Below, one piece after another: positions 10,961-21,796 of a stretch of 64,000 bases of DNA. The notes under the pieces are model-generated. The model was given only the letters and a program-made list of their open reading frames with translations, had not been told where the DNA came from and made no database searches. Source of the DNA: Lama guanicoe (lineage: Eukaryota). The number at the start of each line of letters is the position of its first letter. Position 1 is the first letter of the stretch. The translations under genes and the position numbers were made by a program. The DNA lies in assembly GCA_013239625.1 (NCBI GenBank), contig MU053934.1, forward strand, positions 9,321,352 to 9,385,351, in the 5' to 3' direction.

Positions 10961-13900
10961 CGGTGCAGATAAATGGGCAGTCCTGGCTTATTTGAGAGAC
11001 ATTGTATTGCCTCTTCTGAAGCTTTTTTACGGTGAAGGTAGAAACTCATTCAAGGCAGCAATTCCCTTATCCCAAGGAGTACAGAGTGCTGAATAAATGT
11101 CCTCGCCTGGCGGCCGGGCCTTGGGCTTCCTTGCGTCCCTGCTGCGCTCCCACTGGGATCTCAGGACCCAGTGACCTCAGGTTGCATCACCCCTAGGCTC
11201 GGCCAGCTCTCTTCGCGGTGACCCTGGTGCGAGCTGAGGCACTGAGGCAGATGTTCATTGAGTTCAGAAGCCTCTCTCTGACGAGGTCCCCCTGCAGCCC
11301 AAAGGCTGACGTTGTACAGCGCGGGGCGTCCGCGTGCACGTGGTCGGTCACATCTCACAGCTCGGGTCTGACTGAAGAGCTGGCTGAGTGGCTGGAGGCC
11401 GGGCTCCACGGAGCGTTCGTCAGCAGGGATTTAAAACCTCCCCCATCCTGTGTGCACAGGAGCTGCAGCGACTGACACGGGTGTCCCCGCACACAGGTGA
11501 GTGCGCGTCCTAGGACTCAGAGGATTACGCGGGGACAGAAGAGTGAGCAGGGGCACGAGGGAGGGAGGGTCATGGGGAGAAGGGACCCCCGACAGGACAG
11601 GCCCCCAGGGGGTGACTCCTGCTCCGTGCAGTGAGCGTCCGCTGCGCGCCAGGCATGTGTCAGGCTCTCTGCTGCACACGTTACGTGCAGTGGCTCATTC
11701 AGAGTCTCCAAAGTGACACTGGAGTCCTGCCCCACATACAGATGGAACCACTTGGTGGCCGGGAGCCCCTTTAGTGTGGTTGAAGTCAGAAGTGGCGGTG
11801 GTGGCTTCTGATCCTGAAACCTGTTGTGTGGGGCGGATGCCGACTGACTGCCACGCACCACGCTGTGCTTTTAAGTGGTGAGAAAAATCGATTCCAGAAT
11901 GTGTAATGGACAAAATTAGTTTCTTAGCTGGAGGATCCTTCACCACAAGCCCCACAGATGTGAGGCACCTGCGCACACGGTCCTCGCCCGGCCACAGCAT
12001 CTTGGGAGTGGGGAGCGTGGTGACGTGTGGCCCGGGAGCAGGGTGTCGTCTTCCCGGCTGGCACCGCCAGCCTGACAGGCTCAGCTGGGGTCTGGGAGCT
12101 CGTGCCCAGCCAGGGTCCAGACCGAGGACGTGGCTCCGTGGTTCTCTGTCCACGTGACGACCCCGAGGAGACGGGGAAGATGGAAAGATGGCTCAGGCTT
12201 CCTGGAGGGGAGGAGGCCTTAAAGTTGTGACTCCCTGGTCTCTCCCTTTAAACAGTCAGTTTATGGAAGTAAGTGGTGCACACCAAGGACAGTGAATGTA
12301 GCCTTTGTTTCAAAATCATTAAGAGACAGTTTGGGCTATCCACAGAGATAAGGTTTCTCTGGTTGACACGCGTGTGTTACGGTATTTCTGTCAGAATTCA
12401 GCAGTGCTTCACTGGGCCTTTGATGTTCCAGTTCCCCAGGGATTTCAAGGCCGAAAGGCAGCCTCAGCTGTCAAAGCCATGGTGCTTCTGGGGTGACTTT
12501 CCCTCGAAAAAGAGCAAAACTCTGCTCCTTCTTGTGACACTACCTGTGCTCGAGTATCATGTTACGTTCTTCAGAATGTGACTTGTCATGTACAGATTTG
12601 ACCATTTCTTTTTTCCCCACCCTCTTCTATTAGCTTTTTTTTTTCAACTGAGTTCAGTTAACAGCTGTTAATTGGCAAATGAGAGAGTCCACGTCCACTG
12701 ACTTGTAGATACTGCTATGATGTATTACAAAGCCTGGAACAGCACATACTGACATGACATTGAGACACTTGAACCACAGATGTGCCCTCGTATTAAAATG
12801 CAAAAATGCGGAGGGAAATCAGATCCCAGACAGACCAGCAATTTGGAGGAGGTGGGGGGGCCTGAGTGGGTGGTTTGTGGTGGTGACTGAACACACGATG
12901 GTGTTTAGCGTCATGCACGAGGCCGCATACAGGATCTGCGGGATGGAGACCTCAGCTCTGAGTTTCTGAATGAGAAGGGAGTGTGGTTCCACTGGACGAT
13001 GGAAAGGCAGGCTGAGGACAGAAGATGATTGTAGCAGACCAGGCAGAGGGAGAATGGAGTTCACAGTGCAGTGGGGTTTCTCCTGGCATTTGGAGATGGA
13101 GTAACCGATGTGGCAGAGATGGGTGGCACTTTGCAGAGGAAGACTGGCATTACTTTTCAGGTTTATTTCCTCCACAAGGACCTTTCTGGTCCGCCCTCCC
13201 TCGCTGTTCCGTCTCCATAGGTAAGCTGCCACCCTCGCGCCGCTGCCCACAGCCCAGTGCCTCCTTGGCCCTGGAGCTGTGAGCTCTTCCTCTCGCACCG
13301 TCCTCGCTCACATGCCCTCTTGGGCGAGTCCCTCCTCCAGAGCAGGGGCCTCGTGGAGCCCAGGGTTCCCTGGGCAGCAGGTGGGGAAATGCACTTTTCT
13401 AACCCTTGCAGAGCGGAGCAGAGGCTGGTTCAGACTCCCGCAGACGGGGCAGGAGAACCGGCCCACCGGGAGCAGGGCCCGGCCGTGCACGGTCTCCGCC
13501 CTGCGTGGCTGGGAGTGAGGCCAGACCTGTCATCTCAGCAGAAGGGGAGCCGTCCTTCTTCCCATGTCACCTTCCGGGCCTCTTTCATCTTTGGCTGACG
13601 GAAGCTGGCATGTGTTGGAGTGTTTTGATCGTCAGCCGTGGAAAGCGTCTTCAGGACAGTTTTAAAACTGAACTGCTGCTTCGCACTCCGAAGAATTCCG
13701 CAGCTTTACCGTGGTCTCAGAAGATACTAGTTTAGACATGGAAGTCATTTACTAAGCACCCTCACCTGGAGGAGAGTCTTGTCGTGACGTGGCGGGTAAT
13801 TACGTGGTTTTGCGGAAGCCTCCTGAGTTAGGCCTGCCTGCCAGGGACCAGCTTGTCCGAGGTTTGTGGTGCGCGCACTGTGCCCCTCTGAGCGGCAGGC

Positions 13901-14244
13901 GGTGCATACTCCCTGCCCATCAATGGGTTTGTCGTCTAAAAATGATTTTTCAAAGTATCCTGGGAGCAAAAATTAAATATAGGTATTATATATGGTCCCC
14001 ACATTCGTTACATGTACATTGCATATGTGATGTGAAATGTAGATGCATACATTGCACCTCTGCAGATGTACTGTGTGTTAAAGCACCATGTGTAGACGTT
14101 ACACACACAGTTTACGTATATACACGCAAGTCAGTAAAGTCTTTTCACACTTTAATTGTTTTAATTTAAATAGTATATGGTTTTCAGTGCCAGTACTTTT
14201 AAAAGTTCATTCAGCGAACATTTCTTGGTTCCTTCCATGTTCTA

Positions 14245-14600
14245 GGCCAGAGTCTGGCAAACCTTTTCTGAGGGGGGTTAAATTTGTAAATATTTTTAGC
14301 TTTGCCAGCCCTCCTGTCCCTGCCACGACTCTCCAGCTCAGCCCCTGCAGCGGGAAGGCGGACGCAGACAGTTGACAGGTGCATGAGCTGTGTGCCAATA
14401 AAATAAACAGGTGCATGAGCTGTGTGCCAATAAAACTTTCATTTATTGTAGATTCTGGTCTGAATTTCAGATAATTTTCATGTGTCACGAATTAGTGTTC
14501 TTCTTTGATTCTGCCCCCCCCACACCCAGTGATTTGAAAATAAAAACCATTTTCAACTTGCAGCCATGCAAAGACACGGGCCATAATTTGCCAGCCCACG
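14245..14600 (+). mobile_element. MER58 (hAT-Charlie family non-autonomous DNA transposon, MER58B-like)
   Basis: ggcaaaccttttctg...gtaaatatttttagctttgc...gtgtgccaataaaacttt...aattttcatgtgtcacgaa...ataatttgccagccc. Confidence 0.85.
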
Positions 14601-16463
14601 TTCTCAGGAGTCTTCTCGCCGTAGAGCAGTGACCAGGACAGAGTCCTCGCCGTCCCTGGGCCTGCGTCCTAGCAGCCTGGAGGGCTTCAGGCGGCGCTGC
14701 TTGTGTGCCTGAAAGCACGTCCGGTTGGATGGACTCTCAGCAGGCAGCTCCAGTTTTCAAATTTTAAGTCAGCTGACTTGACTTTCAAAGTGAGTTTGGC
14801 ACAGGAATCTGCTGGTTAGTCATACTGTCGTGAGACTCCTTCCTCCGGGCCGTGCCACCTCCCAGCCTCCATCCTTCTGCCCCGCCTTGTCTCATCCCCT
14901 AAGGGGCACAAGGCTGCAGGGACCTGGGGCTCTTCGAGTCCCGGTGCACGGCTGACACACACACACACCCAAGTGTTGTGTCCAGGAGCTGGCCGGACTG
15001 CCCAGCGCTCACCCTGGTGCGGATGGCAGGGTTCTTTGAAGGCGGTTTTACAACAGACAGGCTCATGCTTTCTGTTTGTAGTCGCTATGGAAACTTCAGA
15101 AGCTCCCTTTCTACAGCTAAGCAGACAATACAGCACTTCAAGTGCTGGTGGGATTACGGACTTTAGAAGATGTTTGATTTTCTCTCCTACTCTTTCTTCC
15201 CTCCTGTCTCTTTAGAGAGGGAACAAGAGGGCGCTGTGAATATTAACTGGGACTCGCTTTAATCTCCCCTGTGACACGGGGGGCTGTCGCGATCCGCGGC
15301 CGCCCGGGCTCAGCCCTTCACGGCCCCCTAACGAGGTGACTCATGCATATTCATGAGCCAGGCTTGAGCGTTAGACACAGTTCACAGGAGCTGTGTTTCG
15401 GTGCTTCTCTTTTCTACGCAAATGTTATGAAGGGAACAACTATTAAAATTCAGGTTTGTGATTATTATTAAGTCCGAGGCCCTAGATGGTGGTGCTAGAA
15501 TGTTCTCACTGGAAATAGAGGCAAAGGGGCGGGCCTTTGTGTGGTGTTAATTTGTAGACAGATGGTGCAAACCCCAGAATGCCGGTGCTCACTGAGGGTG
15601 GGGACGTGGGGCAGACCTTCCCTGTCTGCCCCAGAAAGGCGGGTGTGGCAGCGTGCGGGATTCTGACTTGGTGAGCTGCTCCTTAAAGAGCAGGTACGAC
15701 TCATCCCACCTACAGAAGAATGTGAAACACACGTTGAAGTGAAAAACATCGAGGGGCTCACTGTCATTCGTTCCTTATTTCCGATCTTCAGAGCGTTGAC
15801 CCGTCGTGTGGCCACACTCCGCCCGGCCCCAGGCCCCCCTCGTGCACACCCTTCTGCCCTCTGAGTACCAGTTTGGGAAGAAGACGACAGTGCCTTCCCT
15901 GCTTTGGGCTTCAGTGCTGCTTCTGTTAGGCTGTCCACGTGGTGGCCATGCCGGAACCAGCCTGCTCCTCGTGAAGCCCTCGGCTGTCCGTTTTGTTCCT
16001 GAAGTCGTGCGGGCCCAGCTGGGAGCAGCACCCTGGCGCGGGGCGGTTCCTGGGCGCCCGTGGGTCTGCCCGTCAGGAGGACTGTCCTGTAGTTCATTCT
16101 CTGTGCTCCTCTTTGCCTACATGTAAAACGGGGGTGTGTGCATTTCTCTACAGAAGTGAGCTCCCGAACGCTTTCAGGGTGAAGCACTGTTAAAATGCCG
16201 TAGCAGTGTTTTCGCAGAATCTGCGAGCTGTTTCTCCTAGAGGGACATGATTAAATCCACCCTTTCATCCGCCCGCAGGGGAGTTGATTGTCCTGGGGTT
16301 TGTCGTCATGGACAGCACAGCCCAGCTTCCTTGCCCGAGTTACACTGCTTCACTTTCATCTAATCTCTCAACCTCACCAAACCCTGAGTCAGGAAACCAC
16401 ACCAAGAACCAGAAGGAAACGCACAGCCCGTGTGAGTTACTGCAGTGCCTCCACGCCCTTCCC

Positions 16464-16509
16464 CGCGTGTGCGCGCGCGCACACACACACACACTCTCTC
16501 TCACACACT
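16464..16509. repeat. Compound (GT)(GC)5(AC)n(TC)n microsatellite
   Basis: cgcgtgtgcgcgcgcgcacacacacacacactctctctcacacactc. Confidence 0.95.
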
Positions 16510-19277
16510 CGGTGAGCAGGAGATGGTGTTCGCTCGCTGCTCGGACACCCAGCAGACGTTTCCCAGCACCGTGCTTGGAACAGAGGGCGGAGAGGTGAGC
16601 AGGGCGTCAGACGTGCTTCTGAGGGGTTCTCGGTGCTGGCGAGACAGAGATACAGACAAGTCATCGCCACAGACGTGTCAGCAAACATGGTGACAGGCCC
16701 CTCTGTCAGGAACTAGACTGTGTGCTGGGGGTGGAGAGATGGGGGGGTGTGGCCCATAAGCAGGCAGCTACAGGTGCAGTGTGATGGGGGCCACTGAGAG
16801 AGACAATGTTTTGGAAACACGCAGGGAGCGTGCCCGAAGGAAGCTGGTGTCGGGGTGGGGGCAGCCAGGACCCGCGGGAGGGCTTCCCGGAGAGGGAGCT
16901 GGGCTGCGCACCCTGGGCGAGGGCGAAGGGGCCCCCATCAGGGTCTTGTGTGGGGACAGACAGGTGGCGCCCAGCGTTGTGACATTGTGGGGCCTTCGCA
17001 GAGGTCCGGTTTGCCCCATAACTGAAGTGGCCTGACAGTTTGAAGCTCTGGGTGATGGTTCTTTCCTCCCAGGACACGACGTCTGCAGCCGGCAGTGCCA
17101 GCTGGCGTCAGATCCCCCGATCACGGGGCCGGCCAGCCCTCCAGCTCTGAGGAGCTTCCGGTGCATTCACAGGAATTCCAGTTTTCTTTCTTTCAGTTAC
17201 ATTTAAGTGAACAACCAGGAAAGCATCAGAAAGAAGCGTTTTGCTCTGTCATGTAACATTGGAGTTACTATACACGTGAACTAAAATTCTCCAGTCTTCC
17301 ACACTTTCTTCCTGAATTTACCCTCCTGTGCTCACTCCTTCAGTCCGTTCTCACCACCACTGGCTCCCGCTTGGCCGCAGAAAGTGAGGAAGTGAGTTTG
17401 TATAATGATGACATCGTCCAGCCTGAGAAAGTGATGGTAGCGAATGATTCACTGTTCAGAAATTTACTAATGGGTTGGAAGCTTTTGTCGCCTGGAGTCA
17501 TTATTTTCTGTCCTGTTACAAAGTGGGGGTTTGGTGATTGTGAGAAAGAGGGAGAAATTCAAACGTAGGTTTTATGCACTGAATATTTATACGGATTCAT
17601 CTCCAGAGAAGAAACGCAGTCTTACAAAGGACCAGGGCTCGATCAGGAAAGGATGACCGACAAGGTGCGGGATGAGAACAGTCTCCCGCCACGGGGGCAG
17701 CTGGTTGTAGACTCCCGTCCACTGGGCACCCGCGGTTCCACTCTTTGCCCTTTGGAAATGGTGAGTCATCTACACTCACAAGTGGCTTTGATGGTGAACC
17801 TCCGGAGACCAGGGGTCGTTGGCTGGTCCTCTTCTCTGTGCAGACCTGTGCCCATCCTGGAGGGGCTGGGGCGGCAGGCCAGTGGCAGCTGGTCCGGGGT
17901 GAGCTCGGGGTGCGGTCAGGGAGGCCAGAGCTGGTGTGGACCCGCCCCGCCCCGCCCCGCCCCCGGGAGCCACCGAGGCCCCGCGGGGACTGCGGACCAG
18001 CTTGGACCGCATCCAGGGAGCTAAGATGCAGCCACCAGAAAACACTTCCTGAGCGCAAAACTGGTGCGTTTCGGTTGTCTGACTGGAGCGGACAGGCTTC
18101 TTCTTCGCTGTTTTCCTTTGAGGCTGTTGAACTAGGGAGACCGTATGACTTGAGGCCTTTCTCTGTGGCTTCCCGCGTTGAGAGGAGGGAGCCAGAGTGT
18201 CCAGGCAGCAGCCTCCCCCGCTGCGCTGGGGTCTCGGCCATGATCAGAGGCGCTGAGCCTTCCCCGGGGGGCCCGCCTGCTGCCTTCCGGGGGCACAGGT
18301 GCCCCAATCCTGACACAGAAGTGCCTGCGTGGGGAGGGCTGGTTTTCCTGCTGCCTCCTGTCTGATGACGGGCAGGAGGCCCCTTGTCACTGGGAGGAGC
18401 GTGTGTTCCCCAGTGGGCACGGTGTCGCTCCCTCTGAGCCAGCGGAGGGTGCCAGGCCTGCTGTTCTGGGCGCCTCCTGTGTCCCCGGAGCCAGCATCCA
18501 GCAGTTTTATTCAGTCTTCACAGAATGACGTGCAGCAGCAGTTCAGTGCTTTCACAAGGCGGGCGCAGCTCTTGGTGACCGCGTGCAAGGCCTCAGAGAG
18601 CAAGGCAGTGAGTCCGTCTCTCCGTACGCTGTCCCCCGTCGGCAGTGGAGGACTCGGGGCAGAGCCTGCAGACTAGGGCGGGGGCACAGCGAGGCGCGGG
18701 AGGAGGCGCCCTCCCCGGCGCACAGGGACGCAAACCAGACACAGCAAGTCCCTCAGTGGCCGCTGGCTTTGTCCTTAAAGCGCCGAGTGTGGAGAATTCC
18801 ATGGCGGCTCCTGGGAAACGATTCTTACAACTGGGCTTCCTCTAAAGGCGATTTTCTTGTCTGATGCTAACCTGGCATCTCTGTGACTCGTTCTGTAATG
18901 CTCTTATCCCTGCCCTGGTGGCTCAGTGACGTGCTCTCCTGCACACAGGCTTGTGTTCATAAACTTAAGGTGTGGCTGCTCTAAGCCTTGGCTTCCTCGT
19001 TTGTTCATTCAGTAAATCCTGATTAGGTACCTCTCTCTGCCAGTTGCTGGACACCTCACTCACACACACAGGACATACGTGTGCATATGCATGTGTTACA
19101 TCGTTTTCATTATTTCCCACGTTGTGTGCATATTCATAGCACATCCTCAAGAAAGATGTGTTCATGGATTTGCAGTTTTTAGTGTCGCTGTGCCTTCTGC
19201 CCCCTTCTCAGTAAAACTCGTGTGAAAAGTTCCAAACAGGAAAGCATGCTGGCAGATTTCCTTCACTCTGGTTCCAG

Positions 19278-19465
19278 TTCTGACCCAGTGGGTCGTGTAC
19301 GCCATCCGAAACCTCACAGAGGACAACAGCCAAAACCAAGACTTGATTGCAAAGATGGAGGAGCAGGGGCTGGCAGACACGTCCCTACTTAAAAAAATGG
19401 GCTTTGAAGTTGAGAAGAGGGGTGACAAGCTGACCCTGAAGCCTACCAGGGACACGCCTCAGCTG
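19278..19465 (+). CDS. ATXN10: Ataxin-10, last sense-coding exon (equivalent of human exon 11)
   Basis: AG|TT CTG ACC CAG TGG...CAG CTG|GTGAGT, 188 nt. Translates (F)LTQWVVYAIRNLTEDNSQNQDLIAKMEEQGLADTSLLKKMGFEVEKRGDKLTLKPTRDTPQL, recognisable as the ataxin-10 C-terminus (human, recalled: FLTQWVIYAIRNLTEDNSQNQDLIAKMEEQGLADASLLKKVGFEVEKKGEKLILKSTRDTPKP). Confidence 0.97.
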
Positions 19466-19928
19466 GTGAGTACGCCGCCGCGCCGAGGGGTCGCTCCCTT
19501 TCGGTTTGTGGAAGGTGGTCCCCCCCCATCACCTTGGATGTGACGCGGTTCCTTCATGAGAACACGGACAGGATATGTTGCCTCCTGAGATGCCAAAAAA
19601 AAAAGCCCCAAATTTAATTGCAAATAATTTTCTGCTCAAGCTTCATGCTGCTGTTTTCTTGAAAGAGTTGAAATTTCTAGGGGAGAAATAGAAAAAGTAT
19701 ATCAGAATTTTCAACATCTAAAAGCTTCTGATAGAAATTAGGTTTTCTTTAAAAGACAGCTGATGTCGACCCCAGTGAAAAGAACAGAAAACTCCTTGTG
19801 TTAAGTTGAATGGCTTGTTTCAGTTTTCGCTCTGTTTATACCGCTGACCAAAAATCTCTGCATGTTTTTTGATGATTCTTGTAAGCAGATCTGTTCCATC
19901 TGCCGTTTTGCTTCTTTTTCTTTCCTAG

Positions 19929-19931
19929 TGA
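19929..19931 (+). CDS. ATXN10: Ataxin-10 stop codon, first three bases of the terminal exon
   Basis: Polypyrimidine tract ttttgcttctttttctttcctAG followed by TGA. The preceding exon ends in phase 0, so TGA is in frame. The following sequence (TGAATGAACT...GGAATCTGTTTCCGTGGATTTTTCATCTTCT) resembles the start of the human ATXN10 3' UTR as I recall it. Confidence 0.88.
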   Translation, partial: 

Positions 19932-21560
19932 ATGAACTCTCCATCCCAAGTCAGAATTTCTGGAATCTGTTTCCGTGGATTTTTCATCTTCTGCAGTGTG
20001 TGAGATTGCAGGTGTTTGAAGCCTTCTTTAGTGCCCGTTCAGGAAGACGTGAATCTTTTAGACAATAGCGTTACATGTGTGTAAGCTTAAAAGTGAAGTA
20101 ACGTGAGTTTTCTGTTGTTTCCTTGCTTTAAAACATAGCCGTCTGGTTTGCCTTCATCCCGTGGAGGCCGTGTGCATTCAGCGAGGTGTCGCGCTCGCTG
20201 TGGCACAGGTGGTGATCCCTCGCGTTAAGCGCACGTCCCTTACTTGGCAAAGACGGCTTGCTGGGTCCCCCTGCTCCCGCCGGAGACCCGGAGTCGGCCC
20301 CCTTCCTTCCATTGTTCCCTCCCCGGGGGCCTTCTGGGCTCCGGCCGCAGCTGAAGTATTTTCTCACTGTGATTAATTCCAGCAATCTCTTTTCAGCCCT
20401 TCTGCCTTTCCAAAACATTGACAAGACTCATTTCCAGTTAATTAATTCGAGAGATGCCGAAGAATAGAGGTCCTCCCTCTTCGCTTTAGGTCCGGGCTGT
20501 GTTGTCACCGAGCCCTGTCCCTTTGGAATGTGGCGGGGAGTGAGCTGGGTGAGGGAGCATGTGGGCGATTAACTCTTCTCACACCGAGTCTCCCGACTTA
20601 GCCGTCTGCAGACCGTGGAGCTCACGCCAGTGCCTGCATCTTACCCACCTGCATGCCCCTCCGGGGGAGGAATATTCTGTGGTCGTCTCTGCGTGCAGGG
20701 CCCAGCGTTACAGGTGCACAGACTTGAGCACCAGTCTCAGAAAGGCATGCCACTCAGTTTTGGCCAGGGCTTCACGGGAATTACAAAAGGAGCTTTGAAG
20801 AGCGAGGGTTAATTTGACCTGGGTCTGTCTGTCTTTCTCTCTCTCTCTCCCTTTCTCTCTCTCTCTACACACACACACACACTCAGAGGTGGAACTGGAC
20901 TGAGCAAGCGCTGACATCTCCGCAACCACCCAGACCATTCATACGGTCAGCCAGGACCCTCGTGGAGGCCCTGCTGTGGATGCTTTAAACATTCTCTTCT
21001 TGAGCAGCCATGTTACCAGACTAAAACATCTAGTGAGATTTTGCACAATTCCTGGTGAACTTTCCAAAATAAAAACAGCAGAGACCCCAAACAGAAGTTT
21101 TACCGAAACACAGATTGTTCCAGAGTAAAGTGCTTCTGAGTCTTTGTAGCTGTACTTATAACAATGGCTTTGTAAAAAACCGCTTCAGCATGTGAAAAAT
21201 GAAATAAAAGCTCTGCCGTGTGCTACCCAGTGTCCTCTGTGCGACTGAAGACACGTGCGCTTCTAGGCTTGTGGTCGTGTGTGAGGCACGTTGATTCGTC
21301 CATAAAGAATCCTTTGCAAAATTCAGAATGCACACAGTCGTTCTCTGGGCCACAATGAGTTAAAGCGCTGTGCTCTGAGTGGTAGCCTGGCCAAAGGGGG
21401 AAAGCAGTGGGAGTCCCTTTTTCCTCTTAACAAGTTTGCAGTAGACTCTTCTTTTTTCTCCCTCTCTCAATGGATGTATGCACACCAGTGGCATCACACA
21501 AACGTGCCGGGCTAAGCCACATAATAACAAACACGAATAAATAAAAGGCGGCCTTGTGAG
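19932..21560 (+). other. ATXN10: ATXN10 3' UTR (3' end uncertain)
   Basis: Follows the stop codon, lacks recognisable interspersed repeats, and ends near a cluster of AATAAA hexamers. Confidence 0.6.
20823..20884. repeat. (TC)n(AC)n compound microsatellite within the inferred ATXN10 3' UTR
   Basis: Directly visible. Confidence 0.95.
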
Positions 21561-21796
21561 AACACAGAATGGGGTGATGGTTATGTGTTTTCTAAATAGG
21601 AAATGTGGGGCTTGCACAGTGAAAACATGCTGATGGCGGCATTGTGGCCGCTTTTGATGCCTTTGGACAGATTAATTCTGGAGCACAACTGCTCCCCTGT
21701 CCTCTGCCAGCGGACTTGGAGCTTCTGAGAACCTTGTTTTACATGCTGCAGAGGATTAAAGCACCACCTCAATCAGCCATTTAGAAGGAGAATAAA
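21068..21796 (+). terminator. Candidate polyadenylation signals of ATXN10
   Basis: AATAAA at 21068, 21203, 21536/21540 (overlapping pair) and 21791. The sequence alone cannot show which is used. Confidence 0.5.

Larger units (their letters stand above)
1..19277 (+). other. ATXN10: ATXN10 long intron preceding the last sense-coding exon (window starts inside it)
   Basis: Ends at acceptor ...ttccttcactctggttccAG (19277). I saw no upstream ATXN10 exon (the VNELDGIPLILD-type exon) in 1-19277, so the intron extends beyond the window start. Confidence 0.8.

Noticed and set aside
1..19277. SCA10-type (ATTCT)n repeat
   Set aside because: No such array seen; in human it lies in intron 9, upstream of this window's intron.
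19454..19465. C-terminal -PQL as a peroxisomal or PDZ signal
   Set aside because: Does not fit the PTS1 (S/A/C)(K/R/H)(L/M) or class I PDZ consensus, and differs from the human terminus.
19929..20003. Stop-codon readthrough or downstream ORF (TGA ATG AAC..., 23 codons)
   Set aside because: Context is not the TGA-CTAG readthrough motif and the frame is short enough to be chance.
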